A DNA stretch of 64,000 nucleotides from Escherichia phage vB_EcoM_3HA11. The position numbers and the translations under genes were made by a program. Shown here piece after piece: positions 17,594 through 26,920 of the stretch (within the stretch, counting starts at the first letter, position 1; each line of letters begins with the position of its first letter). The notes beneath the pieces were generated by a model. That model worked only from the letters and a program-made list of their open reading frames with translations, was not told where the DNA came from and ran no database searches. The DNA lies in the sequence record MN342150; one strand, given 5' to 3'.

Positions 17594-18397
17594 TTAAATG
17601 AAAATTTCAGTGACACTGTTAAATTTGACTTCATGTTCTTTCCCACACGAAGGACATTTAATTTTCGTCGCGTAACGGATACGAGGAATCTTTTTAAAGA
17701 AATCGTCGGATATATCTTGAACAATCTCAGATTCAATATTTTCCCCCACCCATTTAACAAATTCATCTTTGACACGTTGACGTTCTTTAGCAACATCAGG
17801 TGCTATGCCAGGCTCTGCCGGATTCTCTACTTTCCAAACCTGACCATCATCGTCATACAAACAATCAATAAATGTCGCGATCATTTGCTCCACAGATGAT
17901 GCTTCGTTGAGCACTGAGGCGTCCGAGAAGGACGGTTGACGCATCTTGATGTGATAGCCACCAGGGAGGTCAAATGTTTCCCTGAAGCCTTCTGGGGACA
18001 CGCATTTCACTTGGTTGAGGGGGATCGGTAAAACAAGTTCTTGACCACATTCTTTAAGGCCAGAAACTGGTTCTTCACCTTCATTTGTGTCGGATGGAAC
18101 TTTGTTGTTACATTTGTATCGTATCTTCATGACCTCGCCGATAGATATACAGCGCATCTTTAAAAATACTTCTTCAGTAACACCGATTGGCAGTTTACTA
18201 AAGGGAACCCCAGCGTCAACACAACTATCAAACAGTTGCTCCAGCGTCGCTACACGTTCACTCATAGGAGTGTTCGGATCAGCAACCTGAAGTAGCATGG
18301 TCTGTTGCCCAGCTGTGAAAGCGCGGTATTTAATCACCGTCGGCCAGAAATCACTTTTGTGTGTTCTCTCAGTTTTGGGCAATGATGGTAAATTCAT
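17594..18397 (-). CDS. late-expressed hypothetical protein with C-terminal zinc ribbon (CPSCGKEH); possibly baseplate/assembly
   Basis: Start moved to ATG at 18397 (SD GGAGAT); TATAAATA late-promoter motif about 25 nt upstream on the minus strand. Confidence 0.5.
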   Translation of the reverse strand: MNLPSLPKTERTHKSDFWPTVIKYRAFTAGQQTMLLQVADPNTPMSERVATLEQLFDSCVDAGVPFSKLPIGVTEEVFLKMRCISIGEVMKIRYKCNNKVPSDTNEGEEPVSGLKECGQELVLPIPLNQVKCVSPEGFRETFDLPGGYHIKMRQPSFSDASVLNEASSVEQMIATFIDCLYDDDGQVWKVENPAEPGIAPDVAKERQRVKDEFVKWVGENIESEIVQDISDDFFKKIPRIRYATKIKCPSCGKEHEVKFNSVTEIFI

Positions 18398-18424
18398 AAT
18401 GTATCTCCACGGTATATTGTAACC

Positions 18425-18433
18425 ATATTTATA
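18425..18433 (-). promoter_or_regulatory. T4-type late promoter core TATAAATA (minus strand)
   Basis: Exact TATAAATA on minus strand upstream of the ATG at 18397. Confidence 0.45.
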
Positions 18434-18446
18434 ATGAGGACCGAAA

Positions 18447-18971
18447 ATGCACGCGTTCTGTTTCAGTAAAGTTGGAGAACAACTTACCATTAATTATCCG
18501 GATACAAATACGGATTTCTTTGTATTGCTAACGGATTTCGCAAATAAATTGGGGATCAAGAATATCGCCATGACTGTGGACGATATGAAATTTGGTCGTC
18601 TGGGTGTAAAAGATTTATTGAATTACGGATTCAACGTAATCATCGTCGATCAGACATACAGCCCAATTGACGAGGAAGATGTTATTCCAGTTTGGGTTCA
18701 ACGAGACATAAACACTCTGGATAAGCATTATCCCGATTGTGTCATCATTGGCGAATTAATACCATATTTTCATAAACGTCGTCGGCTTGAATCAATTAAA
18801 AGTTATTTTCAAGATAGCGATGACGGATATAAAATGGATGTCCTTACGAGCGGTTGGGTTGTGAAGAATACCACAGGCAATGCCGACCGAATTACTTCCC
18901 GTCTTTATGAATATGTTAAAGAACGGGATTATGAACTGGAGAACAATAATGCCAAACGTAGAACGCGCTGA
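18447..18971 (+). CDS. hypothetical protein
   Basis: ORF with SD GAGGA. Confidence 0.45.
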   Translation: MHAFCFSKVGEQLTINYPDTNTDFFVLLTDFANKLGIKNIAMTVDDMKFGRLGVKDLLNYGFNVIIVDQTYSPIDEEDVIPVWVQRDINTLDKHYPDCVIIGELIPYFHKRRRLESIKSYFQDSDDGYKMDVLTSGWVVKNTTGNADRITSRLYEYVKERDYELENNNAKRRTR

Positions 18972-19434
18972 TATTCAGCAGGTACAAGACGTCATCCTTC
19001 AACGCCTCCGCGCCGTGATCACAAATGAAAAGGGAGAAATTGCGCCAGGGTTTGAAGGCGCATTCGACGGTTTCGTTGCCGATGATCAGGGGAACCCCGT
19101 TGTACAAACGATCGCTGGCATGATTATGCTGAATAGCGAATTTATGGCTGATGGTAAAATCCATTATTCTCCCAATCTCAGTGTTGACGGAGAATCTTTG
19201 GCTTCCGAAGTGGTTGATTTAACGGTTGCCGTTGGTGAGTTGGGTTATGTTTTGATGGTTTGCACCGCGCATTATGTGGACGCCAACGGCCATGTGTCAT
19301 ATGGTGATGAAGCGCGGGGAATCAAACGTCATGTAGATACTGCGGCGGTTCTGCAGCAGATCCGTCAGATGCAAGACAATATGGATTCCAAACCCCGCCT
19401 GATTTTGCCAGATAGTAAAATCGTGACAAGATAA
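18949..19434 (+). CDS. hypothetical protein
   Basis: ATG at 18949 with SD GGAG; overlaps the upstream gene's end. Confidence 0.45.
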   Translation: MPNVERADIQQVQDVILQRLRAVITNEKGEIAPGFEGAFDGFVADDQGNPVVQTIAGMIMLNSEFMADGKIHYSPNLSVDGESLASEVVDLTVAVGELGYVLMVCTAHYVDANGHVSYGDEARGIKRHVDTAAVLQQIRQMQDNMDSKPRLILPDSKIVTR

Positions 19435-19471
19435 TCCGGTCTAAATACCCATAACACAATGAAACTTCGTT

Positions 19472-20083
19472 ATGGGTATTTTTATGAAATTTTGCGGAAT
19501 CGACTATTCTTATGGCTGTCCTGCCATGTGCTTCTGGGATGATAAAGATCCTTTGGATTTTGACCATCTTCATTTCTATGCGCATCATACTGTAGAAAAA
19601 CATTGTCGTCAGGTACGGCATAACATCCTCATTTTACGCCAGCCGAAATATGAATCCCCAGAAGAACGCTTCTACAATATCTCCAAATGGGCCGAAGCTG
19701 TTCTTCTAACCGAGAAGCCTGATTTCATCACCCTTGAGGGGTACGCAATGGGCAACTCGAAGAATTCCAATAACATATGCCAGACTGCTGAAAATACATC
19801 TTTATTGAAGCAAGCAATGCGCCGGAATAATATGGAATTCCAGATCGTCACTCCTTCTTTCGTTAAAAAGCATTTCTGTGGTAAAGGAAACGCCGATAAA
19901 TTGGTAATGATCGATCATTTCGAGAAGCTGTTCAACGTTAAGATGCGTGGTATAATGGACATGTTGGACGTGAAGGATCCAAAGCCTATCGATGATCTTG
20001 TAGACTCATTCGCAAACATGGTGTCTGGACCTTACTTCATAGAAAATTATCCCGATTTCAATAGAGGTGTAAGAAATGATTAA
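19472..20083 (+). CDS. RuvC-like Holliday junction resolvase (putative)
   Basis: N-terminal CGIDYS, central ITLEGY, and GKGNADK...MIDHFEK blocks resemble RuvC-fold acidic catalytic residues. Confidence 0.5.
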   Translation: MGIFMKFCGIDYSYGCPAMCFWDDKDPLDFDHLHFYAHHTVEKHCRQVRHNILILRQPKYESPEERFYNISKWAEAVLLTEKPDFITLEGYAMGNSKNSNNICQTAENTSLLKQAMRRNNMEFQIVTPSFVKKHFCGKGNADKLVMIDHFEKLFNVKMRGIMDMLDVKDPKPIDDLVDSFANMVSGPYFIENYPDFNRGVRND

Positions 20084-20372
20084 TTACTGGCTGTTGGCAG
20101 ACATACTGCTTTTCGCCTTGCTGTTGATAACGGCATTTATTTGGGTTAAGGGATTTCTGACATTCCTACACTCGTTGAGTGCCATGATATCTTTCTATGC
20201 TGTGTCCCCCCATAGTGACGTCAATGTACGAGCGGCAAATCAATCTGACATGTTGGCTGAATACGTCATGATGCGTGATAAAGCATCCAGGATCGTCCTG
20301 TTTTCTACACTGGCGGGGGCGGTTATTATATTCATACAACACGTCTTGGAGGCAACTCATGCCGTTTTATGA
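20076..20372 (+). CDS. small membrane protein (two predicted TM helices)
   Basis: Hydrophobic segments LLADILLFALLLITAFIWV and AGAVIIFI. Confidence 0.45.
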   Translation: MINYWLLADILLFALLLITAFIWVKGFLTFLHSLSAMISFYAVSPHSDVNVRAANQSDMLAEYVMMRDKASRIVLFSTLAGAVIIFIQHVLEATHAVL

Positions 20373-20604
20373 TTATGCCTGTACAGGTTGTGGTAATTCT
20401 TTCAGTACCAGAAGGTCTTGTGCTGAACGCCATACGCCTGAATTAGATCCATGCGCTGAATGTGGCGGTGAAATCAAAATGGTCATTGGAGCACCAAAGA
20501 TCGTATCTGGTGTCCGTGGCCCACAATCCGCACCTGATGGCTTCAAAGACGTATTGCGTCATATTAAGAAGCAGTCTGGTAAGGGGAATACAATCGATGT
20601 CTGA
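20359..20604 (+). CDS. zinc-ribbon protein (FmdB-like CxxC...CxxC)
   Basis: MPFYDYACTGCG...CAECGG motif; SD GGAGG before the ATG at 20359. Confidence 0.5.
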   Translation: MPFYDYACTGCGNSFSTRRSCAERHTPELDPCAECGGEIKMVIGAPKIVSGVRGPQSAPDGFKDVLRHIKKQSGKGNTIDV

Positions 20605-20839
20605 CCAACAAATAGCACAAGTCCTCACACCTGATTCATTCTCAGAATTGGTGTTGATGCGAGCGAGCCAACGCAAGGAATCAATCCTTGAAACAATGGC
20701 CAGTGTTTGTGAAGAGTATGACATCGAAGAAGCAAAGGTCAAAAAATTGATCACGCCCCCTCTTCTGTCAAGGCTAACAGCTGAATGTTCTGATGCTCGG
20801 TTGTTGAAGGGTGAATTGAAATCTAAAAAACTCATTTAA
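20597..20839 (+). CDS. hypothetical small protein
   Basis: ATG at 20597 overlapping the upstream stop. Confidence 0.4.
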   Translation: MSDQQIAQVLTPDSFSELVLMRASQRKESILETMASVCEEYDIEEAKVKKLITPPLLSRLTAECSDARLLKGELKSKKLI

Positions 20840-20848
20840 GGTTGTAAC

Positions 20849-21088
20849 ATGAGCAAAGAGCAAATTTATAAATTGTTGAAGGCGCAAGAGTATCTGCCAG
20901 GTTCTATCCGCTGGCGTCACGGTAGCCTCAATGAACATGCTGATGATATGGATCGCGTTCGTTTCACAACGCCGGAAGGTAAATCCTATGTCATTGAGTA
21001 CCATACATTCTTGGAAGGTCATAAAACCTTCTCGGATGTGTACGACATTATTGAAATAAACCCAGCAAAACAAATGATTGCAGGTTAA
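20849..21088 (+). CDS. hypothetical small protein
   Basis: ORF. Confidence 0.4.
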   Translation: MSKEQIYKLLKAQEYLPGSIRWRHGSLNEHADDMDRVRFTTPEGKSYVIEYHTFLEGHKTFSDVYDIIEINPAKQMIAG

Positions 21089-21184
21089 CTCAATAGCAAA
21101 ACGCAGTATAATTACACCGTCGGAATAATTGACAAATACATTTACAGAATAGCCCGAAGGGGCGGATTATAGAGGAATATTAAA

Positions 21185-22222
21185 ATGGGTAATTTATTTG
21201 ATCGTCTTAAACAATCTCGTGGCCAACAAGCCGAAGCTATGCAACAGCGACTCGCTCAGCAAGGCCAGCGTGTTGGTGGCGGTCGTGACCCACGCATCTG
21301 GAAGTGGACCTGGAATGAAAAGGGTACTTCCGAAAACATCATTCGTTTCCTGCCGATCCCTTTAGTGGACATGAAGGCTCAAGAAGAAGGCACCATCCCT
21401 GAAGATGCTGTGTTAACTCCGTGTGCCATGATCATGAAACACGCATTCCAGGGTGCTGGTGGTTGGTATATCGAAAACTCACCTCAGACTTTCGGTAACG
21501 ATGATCCGGTTCGTGACCACGATCGTCCTCTGTGGGCACAACAGAAAGAAACGAACGATGAAAAACTGAAGACAGTCTTGAAAAAACGTCTGCCGGACAC
21601 CAAATACTACGCCAATATCCTGGTGATCAAAGATGGCAATAATCCGGAAAATAACGGCAAGGTCTTCTTGCTGGAATTCGGTAATGCCGTCAAGAAAATC
21701 CTGGATTCGGCTCAGAATCCTAAGTTCTCAACCGACCCGAAATTCGACCCGTTCGATATGTGGGAAGGTGCGAATCTGATTCTGAACCTGTTTGGTGAAG
21801 AGAAAGAGTTCGGAAACTGGAAAGGCCTGGTTGCCAACTTCACCAACGTGAAGTGGGATAGTCCGGCACCGCTGGGAACCGACGAATACATTGAAGAGAT
21901 CTGGGAAAAAGAGCACAGCTTGTTTGAGTTCTTTAATCCGGCCAACTTCAAATCGTACGAAGATCTGGAAAAACGTTTGCGCAAAGTTCTGTCCATCCCT
22001 GATAATCAGCCTCTGGTTGAAGGTGGTGCTTCTACTATGGCACATGCGCCTACCCAGTCTCAGGAACCCCAGCGCCCGACAGCGCAGGAAAGTCTGAACC
22101 AACAACAATCTCAGCCTTCTAATGCACAGCAATCTGTTCCAGCCAATAATGGTGGTGCGGGTGCCGATGCGAAACAGACGGCTTCCATTGATGAGTTCGA
22201 GCAGTTCCTGAAGCAAGACTAA
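21185..22222 (+). CDS. 32: single-stranded DNA-binding protein (T4 gp32-like)
   Basis: Blocks NIIRFLP, GGWYIENS and DRPLWAQ match T4 gp32; Gln/Ser/acidic C-terminal tail. Confidence 0.85.
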   Translation: MGNLFDRLKQSRGQQAEAMQQRLAQQGQRVGGGRDPRIWKWTWNEKGTSENIIRFLPIPLVDMKAQEEGTIPEDAVLTPCAMIMKHAFQGAGGWYIENSPQTFGNDDPVRDHDRPLWAQQKETNDEKLKTVLKKRLPDTKYYANILVIKDGNNPENNGKVFLLEFGNAVKKILDSAQNPKFSTDPKFDPFDMWEGANLILNLFGEEKEFGNWKGLVANFTNVKWDSPAPLGTDEYIEEIWEKEHSLFEFFNPANFKSYEDLEKRLRKVLSIPDNQPLVEGGASTMAHAPTQSQEPQRPTAQESLNQQQSQPSNAQQSVPANNGGAGADAKQTASIDEFEQFLKQD

Positions 22223-22225
22223 TTT

Positions 22226-22252
22226 CACTAAAGCCCCTTCGGGGGCTTTTTA
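22226..22252. terminator. bidirectional terminator (AGCCCC-TTCG-GGGGCT plus TTTTT)
   Basis: Hairpin between convergent gp32 gene and the minus gene at 22250. Confidence 0.6.
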
Positions 22253-23194
22253 GTTTTTAACGACGTCCTGTAACAATCCGAGTAAACTACTCTTCTCAGA
22301 CGCCGTCAGGTTATCATTGCCTAATATATCCCTCTGGATGCCGATAGAGATCCTTTCGAAGTCTGCCAGGCTGATACCCGCCAAATTATTTACAAGCTGA
22401 TCGAGTTGCTTGTAGGCCAGTAGGGCTTCACCTGTAAAGTTTCCTTCCTTAATCTTTTTATACAGCTGTCCGGCTTTTGACGCTGCGGTTTCCCAATCTC
22501 CGGAAGCAAGAGCATCAGCAATGCCCAAAGGAAGAAAATCGCTGGCGAGGCTGCGCGTTTCATATTCAGTCTCCGATAATACTTTATTGTAAGAGAACGA
22601 TATATTGTACTGGTTAAATTGGTCGGCGGCACTTTTGTCGAGGTCGATGGAACTGAAGTTAATAGGATGAGCCTCAGTCACATAAACGCGATGAACAACC
22701 TGATCTTCCGTATCCATCTGCTCTATACAAATGTCTGTAACGAAGTCTTCATAATAACCCATCTTGGTTGTGTATGGGTCGAATATCAGGTTCTTCCATT
22801 TGTCCATGACCGACTTTTCATAATAATCGTTGGCGAGGAGGAACGACAACTCCAGATCAACGTTCGTCTTGTTATTTGGCATTTTAATGTGGTTGCCGTT
22901 GTTGGTCATGGGAGTAGTGTCAATCCCTGTACCAGGTAAAGATGCGACCATACACATCATTTGTAAGGAACGAGACGTCTGGTTTGTCCCTCCAAAGAAA
23001 GCGTTTACAATACGGGCGCTTTGTTTGAACAGATCCCCAAATGATGAAGATGAAGGATATGCGTTGCCGTCATTGGATAGAGTCGCATTAGAATCGAAAA
23101 TACCAGGCGGCAACGGGATTGTAACACGAAATCTGTTCTTGCGGGAAATCCCCCGCTGAAGCAATTGCGTTAGAAAATTGCGATAGTCTTCCAC
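22250..23194 (-). CDS. late-expressed hypothetical protein (probable virion/structural); start uncertain
   Basis: ORF runs to 23389 but then overlaps the divergent plus gene; a minus-strand TATAAATA lies at about 23229-23236 and GGAG-N8-GTG gives a start at 23194. Alternative starts 23389, 23350 or 22960. Confidence 0.4.
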   Translation of the reverse strand: MEDYRNFLTQLLQRGISRKNRFRVTIPLPPGIFDSNATLSNDGNAYPSSSSFGDLFKQSARIVNAFFGGTNQTSRSLQMMCMVASLPGTGIDTTPMTNNGNHIKMPNNKTNVDLELSFLLANDYYEKSVMDKWKNLIFDPYTTKMGYYEDFVTDICIEQMDTEDQVVHRVYVTEAHPINFSSIDLDKSAADQFNQYNISFSYNKVLSETEYETRSLASDFLPLGIADALASGDWETAASKAGQLYKKIKEGNFTGEALLAYKQLDQLVNNLAGISLADFERISIGIQRDILGNDNLTASEKSSLLGLLQDVVKN

Positions 23195-23228
23195 GATGAG
23201 GACTCCATTTAAATAATATATCTGCTGA

Positions 23229-23236
23229 TATTTATA
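23229..23236 (-). promoter_or_regulatory. T4-type late promoter core TATAAATA (minus strand)
   Basis: Exact TATAAATA on minus strand in the divergent intergenic region. Confidence 0.4.
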
Positions 23237-23248
23237 AGGAGTTGACAA

Positions 23249-23953
23249 ATGGCCAAGAACGCTATGGGTGAAGAAGACCCGTTGTTGCTTCCTGCCGAGA
23301 TGGACGCCCCAGAATTGGTCAAGCGTTACATCCGCAAATATCGTCAACATTTTGGACCAGAAGCGAAACGTAATATCCGTCGGTCTCACGTGTGGTTTAT
23401 GGAACGCGTATCGAAAGATGCCAATTTATCCCCCAACCACATGATGAAGGCGTTTGCTGAAAATAAACGTCCTGTTCAGGGTGTGCGCTATATTGTTGGT
23501 CGCATGTACTATTTCAAATATGATGCGCTGACCAAAGATGAACTCCCGTATTGGGATATGTATCCTCTTGTATTCTTCTTCAATTTTGTGAAGGGTGACG
23601 GGGTAAAATTTGGGGAACGTGGTGTGACCTATCTTTATGGTCTCAACCTTCATTATTTGCCACCAAAGCTCAGATTATTAGTGTTTGAAGATCTTATCAA
23701 GTTGAGGAACGAAAGAGCGTATCGTTCTAAAACTCGTTTGAGACTTACTTGGGATGCCCTGAAACGGTTCGCCAATCACCCTCTATACAACCATTGTGTG
23801 AAACTGTACCGCGCTGATCAATTTCGTTCACAGCTTTATGAGATTGAGCCTCAATACTGGGAAGTTGTTTTGTTTATGCGCACTGCTCGATTCCAGAAAC
23901 AGAGCCAGATGTCTGTTTGGAAAGACGCTCGTCGTAAACACAAAAATGGTTAG
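23249..23953 (+). CDS. hypothetical protein (late region; possibly head completion or DNA-end associated by position only)
   Basis: SD AAGGAG 8 nt before ATG; divergent from a late-promoter gene, an arrangement seen for T4 genes 4 and 53. Confidence 0.5.
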   Translation: MAKNAMGEEDPLLLPAEMDAPELVKRYIRKYRQHFGPEAKRNIRRSHVWFMERVSKDANLSPNHMMKAFAENKRPVQGVRYIVGRMYYFKYDALTKDELPYWDMYPLVFFFNFVKGDGVKFGERGVTYLYGLNLHYLPPKLRLLVFEDLIKLRNERAYRSKTRLRLTWDALKRFANHPLYNHCVKLYRADQFRSQLYEIEPQYWEVVLFMRTARFQKQSQMSVWKDARRKHKNG

Positions 23954-23954
23954 T

Positions 23955-23995
23955 TCTAAAAGCCGTTCTATGGGATAATTCGCGAACGGCTTTCT
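23955..23995 (+). terminator. terminator-like hairpin (AAAGCCGTTC...GAACGGCTTT)
   Basis: 10-bp inverted repeat followed by T-rich sequence. Confidence 0.45.
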
Positions 23996-24015
23996 ATAAA
24001 CATGAGGTTCCATAT

Positions 24016-24747
24016 ATGTCATATCTACACAGAATTTTTGGTATTGAATTCGGTTCCAACAGCGTTCGTTATGACCGCACTCACAAAGACTCCGGCGGCA
24101 AGACTGGTTACGAACTTGGATCTCGTTTGGGGTATACTGAAGAGCGCCGCCTGAGTGAACAAACTCTTTTCACAGCTATGGGTATTGAATTTGAATCCGA
24201 GGCTGCTTTAGATCTGGGGGATGAGGTTCGTTTTGGTAAGCCTGAAGTCTTAGAATTTGTTGAAGACTTCGTGACAGGTTATACCCATGCCGCTAACAAT
24301 CGTCGCGCCGCCAATGATGCTGTTGGTAAATTTCATTTTGCTGTGAAATACCTTGCCGACAAGCGTATTCAAATGGAAGCCGAATTCAGTGAAGAAAACT
24401 TGAAAGCAGTTTTCGGAGAGACTGGCGATTTCCTATTGACAGAAGAATCCGGCACTTCTTCCGCTCGTCATTTCTTTAGTCAACCGTTTATCGTGAAGGG
24501 ATGTAAAATTCTGATTGATGAAGAACATGTTTTTGGTATTCATCCGGATGTTGTATACGATGAAGAGACGTGTCTGATCATTTCCAGATTGTTTAACAGC
24601 CTGGCGTACACTTCATATTCATTGATCGAACGCTGTATGGAAGAAGAGCATCGCCAAGTTGTTGTCAACAAAATTCGCTTACATGTTGAGCAGAATTTTA
24701 ATGGATTCCATTGCGCGTCTGGTGAGATTCCAAACTTCTACATGTAA
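24016..24747 (+). CDS. hypothetical protein
   Basis: ORF with SD GAGG. Confidence 0.5.
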   Translation: MSYLHRIFGIEFGSNSVRYDRTHKDSGGKTGYELGSRLGYTEERRLSEQTLFTAMGIEFESEAALDLGDEVRFGKPEVLEFVEDFVTGYTHAANNRRAANDAVGKFHFAVKYLADKRIQMEAEFSEENLKAVFGETGDFLLTEESGTSSARHFFSQPFIVKGCKILIDEEHVFGIHPDVVYDEETCLIISRLFNSLAYTSYSLIERCMEEEHRQVVVNKIRLHVEQNFNGFHCASGEIPNFYM

Positions 24748-24764
24748 AGATATCAGGGGGCTGT

Positions 24765-25052
24765 ATGAAGAAATATGTTCGTCTGAACACTGTACTTGAA
24801 TCAGTTATAGAATATTTCATAATGCAGCACCTCAGAGCAGAAAATGATCATGTGAGCGATGCTTTGACTTATGACCACAGGATAGTGGTTCATTCCGTCG
24901 AAATAGTGGATGACGAATTGTTGATTGCCAATGTTGAGCATGCTCTCTGGGATGAAGTGTTAGATCAGTATGTTCAACCGAAGTTCACACAGATCGAGTT
25001 ATCTGCCATGTGGCCACCTGAAACAGTTTTCAATATTGATATACAAAGTTAA
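24765..25052 (+). CDS. hypothetical small protein
   Basis: ORF with SD GGGGG. Confidence 0.4.
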   Translation: MKKYVRLNTVLESVIEYFIMQHLRAENDHVSDALTYDHRIVVHSVEIVDDELLIANVEHALWDEVLDQYVQPKFTQIELSAMWPPETVFNIDIQS

Positions 25053-25129
25053 TATTCACGTCAGTCCGCGCTGTTCCAGCGTTCCGTTGTCTAACACAGA
25101 AGTGTTAACCAACTTTTCAATAAAAAGTG

Positions 25130-25158
25130 GTTTACATCTTCTAAAAAGGCAGTATATT
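25130..25158 (+). promoter_or_regulatory. T4-early-like promoter (-35 GTTTAC, 17 nt spacer, -10 TATATT)
   Basis: GTTTAC is the T4 early -35 consensus; located about 70 nt upstream of the gene at 25226. Confidence 0.4.
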
Positions 25159-25225
25159 AATGTTCCAGACGCACAGTTGAACATTAAACTGCCAAAGAAG
25201 GTTACTACACAAAAGGGTTTTTATT

Positions 25226-26185
25226 ATGTCCTATATTCTTCATATCGAGTCCGGCCTGAAATTTGAAATTGATGGTAAAACCGCTGCTGATCTTCAAGCA
25301 GAAATCAAAGGTGCAGACCTTATCATCGGCAACGTCACGTTACGCCGTATGATGGAAGGCGTCCTCCAGTCAGCCAACGGCTTTGAACTCATTGAAGGTC
25401 TGAGCCAGGAAGAGAAAGAAGAGACTCTCGAAGCTCTTGACCGCGCTGAAGCCGAAAAAGTTAAACCGACCGAAGATGCGGGGGTTAAACAGGGCGACGG
25501 TGAATCAAATCCGGTGATTGACGCTGAAGAAACGGTTGGGCAACCTGCCGGTGATCAAAATTCCCAGACCGTCGAAGACGGTTCTCTTGAAGTCAACAAA
25601 GACGGTTCCATTTCCCTGGTAGTTGAAGGCGAAGAAGTTCTTGACGAAGAAGCGCAAGCCCGTGCTGAAGAAGTTCGCCGTCGTATGCTGGGCACAACCG
25701 TTGCTGAAGCAATCGCCGACGTTGAAAATCCGAAGGATGATCAGGCTTTAGCGAACGCGAAGGCGGTTCTGGCCAAGAAATCTTCTGAAATGCGTCCTGC
25801 GTCTTCTACTGAAGAACGCAAGCGTCGTCATAACAAACGTGAAGAAATGGTTGACGCCGCTCGTGCTTCTAACTATGGTCCAATCCTGGCGGCGGTTGAA
25901 GCAGGGGTTACTCCTGAAGTATATTTGAGTTATGTGAACCCTGATATGCGCTGGTTCCAGTTCCCTGTCACTGAATTGGCAGACGAAGCCAATCCGCATG
26001 CCCGCACCAACACCTATGTTGATCTGGCACCTATCGTTTCCGGCGGCTGGGGTTTCAGTCTGTATGTGAATGGTAAGTCATTCACCAAGCGTCAGAAAAT
26101 CAAAGAAACTGACGCTGAATCTCTGGTAAAGGCTATCAACGAATGGTTGCCTCAGGCGTTGGCCGAAGCGAAAGCTGCTGCGTAA
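25226..26185 (+). CDS. hypothetical acidic protein (319 aa)
   Basis: ORF, Glu/Asp-rich central region. Confidence 0.5.
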   Translation: MSYILHIESGLKFEIDGKTAADLQAEIKGADLIIGNVTLRRMMEGVLQSANGFELIEGLSQEEKEETLEALDRAEAEKVKPTEDAGVKQGDGESNPVIDAEETVGQPAGDQNSQTVEDGSLEVNKDGSISLVVEGEEVLDEEAQARAEEVRRRMLGTTVAEAIADVENPKDDQALANAKAVLAKKSSEMRPASSTEERKRRHNKREEMVDAARASNYGPILAAVEAGVTPEVYLSYVNPDMRWFQFPVTELADEANPHARTNTYVDLAPIVSGGWGFSLYVNGKSFTKRQKIKETDAESLVKAINEWLPQALAEAKAAA

Positions 26186-26257
26186 TTTAACTCAGAAGCA
26201 TTCAATAGATGAAGGGGTTGCTATAATAGCAGCTCCTTTTGTTTATTGGAGCATGTC

Positions 26258-26920
26258 ATGTCTTATTCGCTCAAAGGGCTGTTGAAGCGCCCTGTGCATT
26301 TGTTTGTCAAACCACCTGCTGTAGAAGGGGAATATTCGGCACGAGGAGAGTTGTATTACATTAAAGGCTCCAATGGTAGTGGTAAGTCTACTGTGCCCTC
26401 TTATTTGGCGGAGAATGATCCTCAGGCGTATGTCGTAACCCATAACAGTAAGATCATGCTCACGGTTTGTCCATCTTACAATATTGTCTGTGTCGGTAAA
26501 TATGACAAGTCTAAGTCCAAAGGGGTTGATTCTCTGAAGGATACTGAGCAGATGTTGTTCGCGTTGTCTATTTCTGACCAACCAGAATACCTGAAATATG
26601 ATGTGATTTTCGAAGGCATCATTCCGTCTACATTATTGAGTTCTTGGATCCCCCGCCTGACACGCCCACCACGTGAATTGGTCGTCCTCTTTATGGATAC
26701 CCCTCTTGAAACCTGTATTGCCCGTGTTAAATCGCGTAACGGTGGCGCAGACTTCAATGAAAGTCTGGTGGTCGAGAAGTGGGAGCGCGTTCACAACCAT
26801 CGGGGGCGGCATAAAGAGTTGTTCCCTACCGTGTGTGCGGGTATGATGAAGTCTCACGGTCTAACTGTAGACCAAGCTGTAATGGCGTTCCTCCTCCGTG
26901 ACTTTGGGAGCATTGACTAA
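26258..26920 (+). CDS. P-loop kinase (candidate nucleotide or DNA-base kinase)
   Basis: Walker A GSNGSGKST; first gene of a translationally coupled operon; its stop overlaps the start of the hydroxymethylase gene. Confidence 0.55.
   Translation: MSYSLKGLLKRPVHLFVKPPAVEGEYSARGELYYIKGSNGSGKSTVPSYLAENDPQAYVVTHNSKIMLTVCPSYNIVCVGKYDKSKSKGVDSLKDTEQMLFALSISDQPEYLKYDVIFEGIIPSTLLSSWIPRLTRPPRELVVLFMDTPLETCIARVKSRNGGADFNESLVVEKWERVHNHRGRHKELFPTVCAGMMKSHGLTVDQAVMAFLLRDFGSID

Noticed and set aside
17285-17899. 204-aa plus-strand ORF spanning the gp5 upstream region
   Set aside because: Overlaps the well-supported minus-strand late gene and its terminator, has no ribosome-binding site, and its product is low-complexity and rich in rare residues; most likely a non-coding frame
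22250-23389. Full-length 379-aa version of the minus-strand late gene
   Set aside because: It would overlap the divergent plus gene by about 140 nt and place the TATAAATA promoter inside its own coding sequence; a downstream start is more consistent, though the exact codon is uncertain
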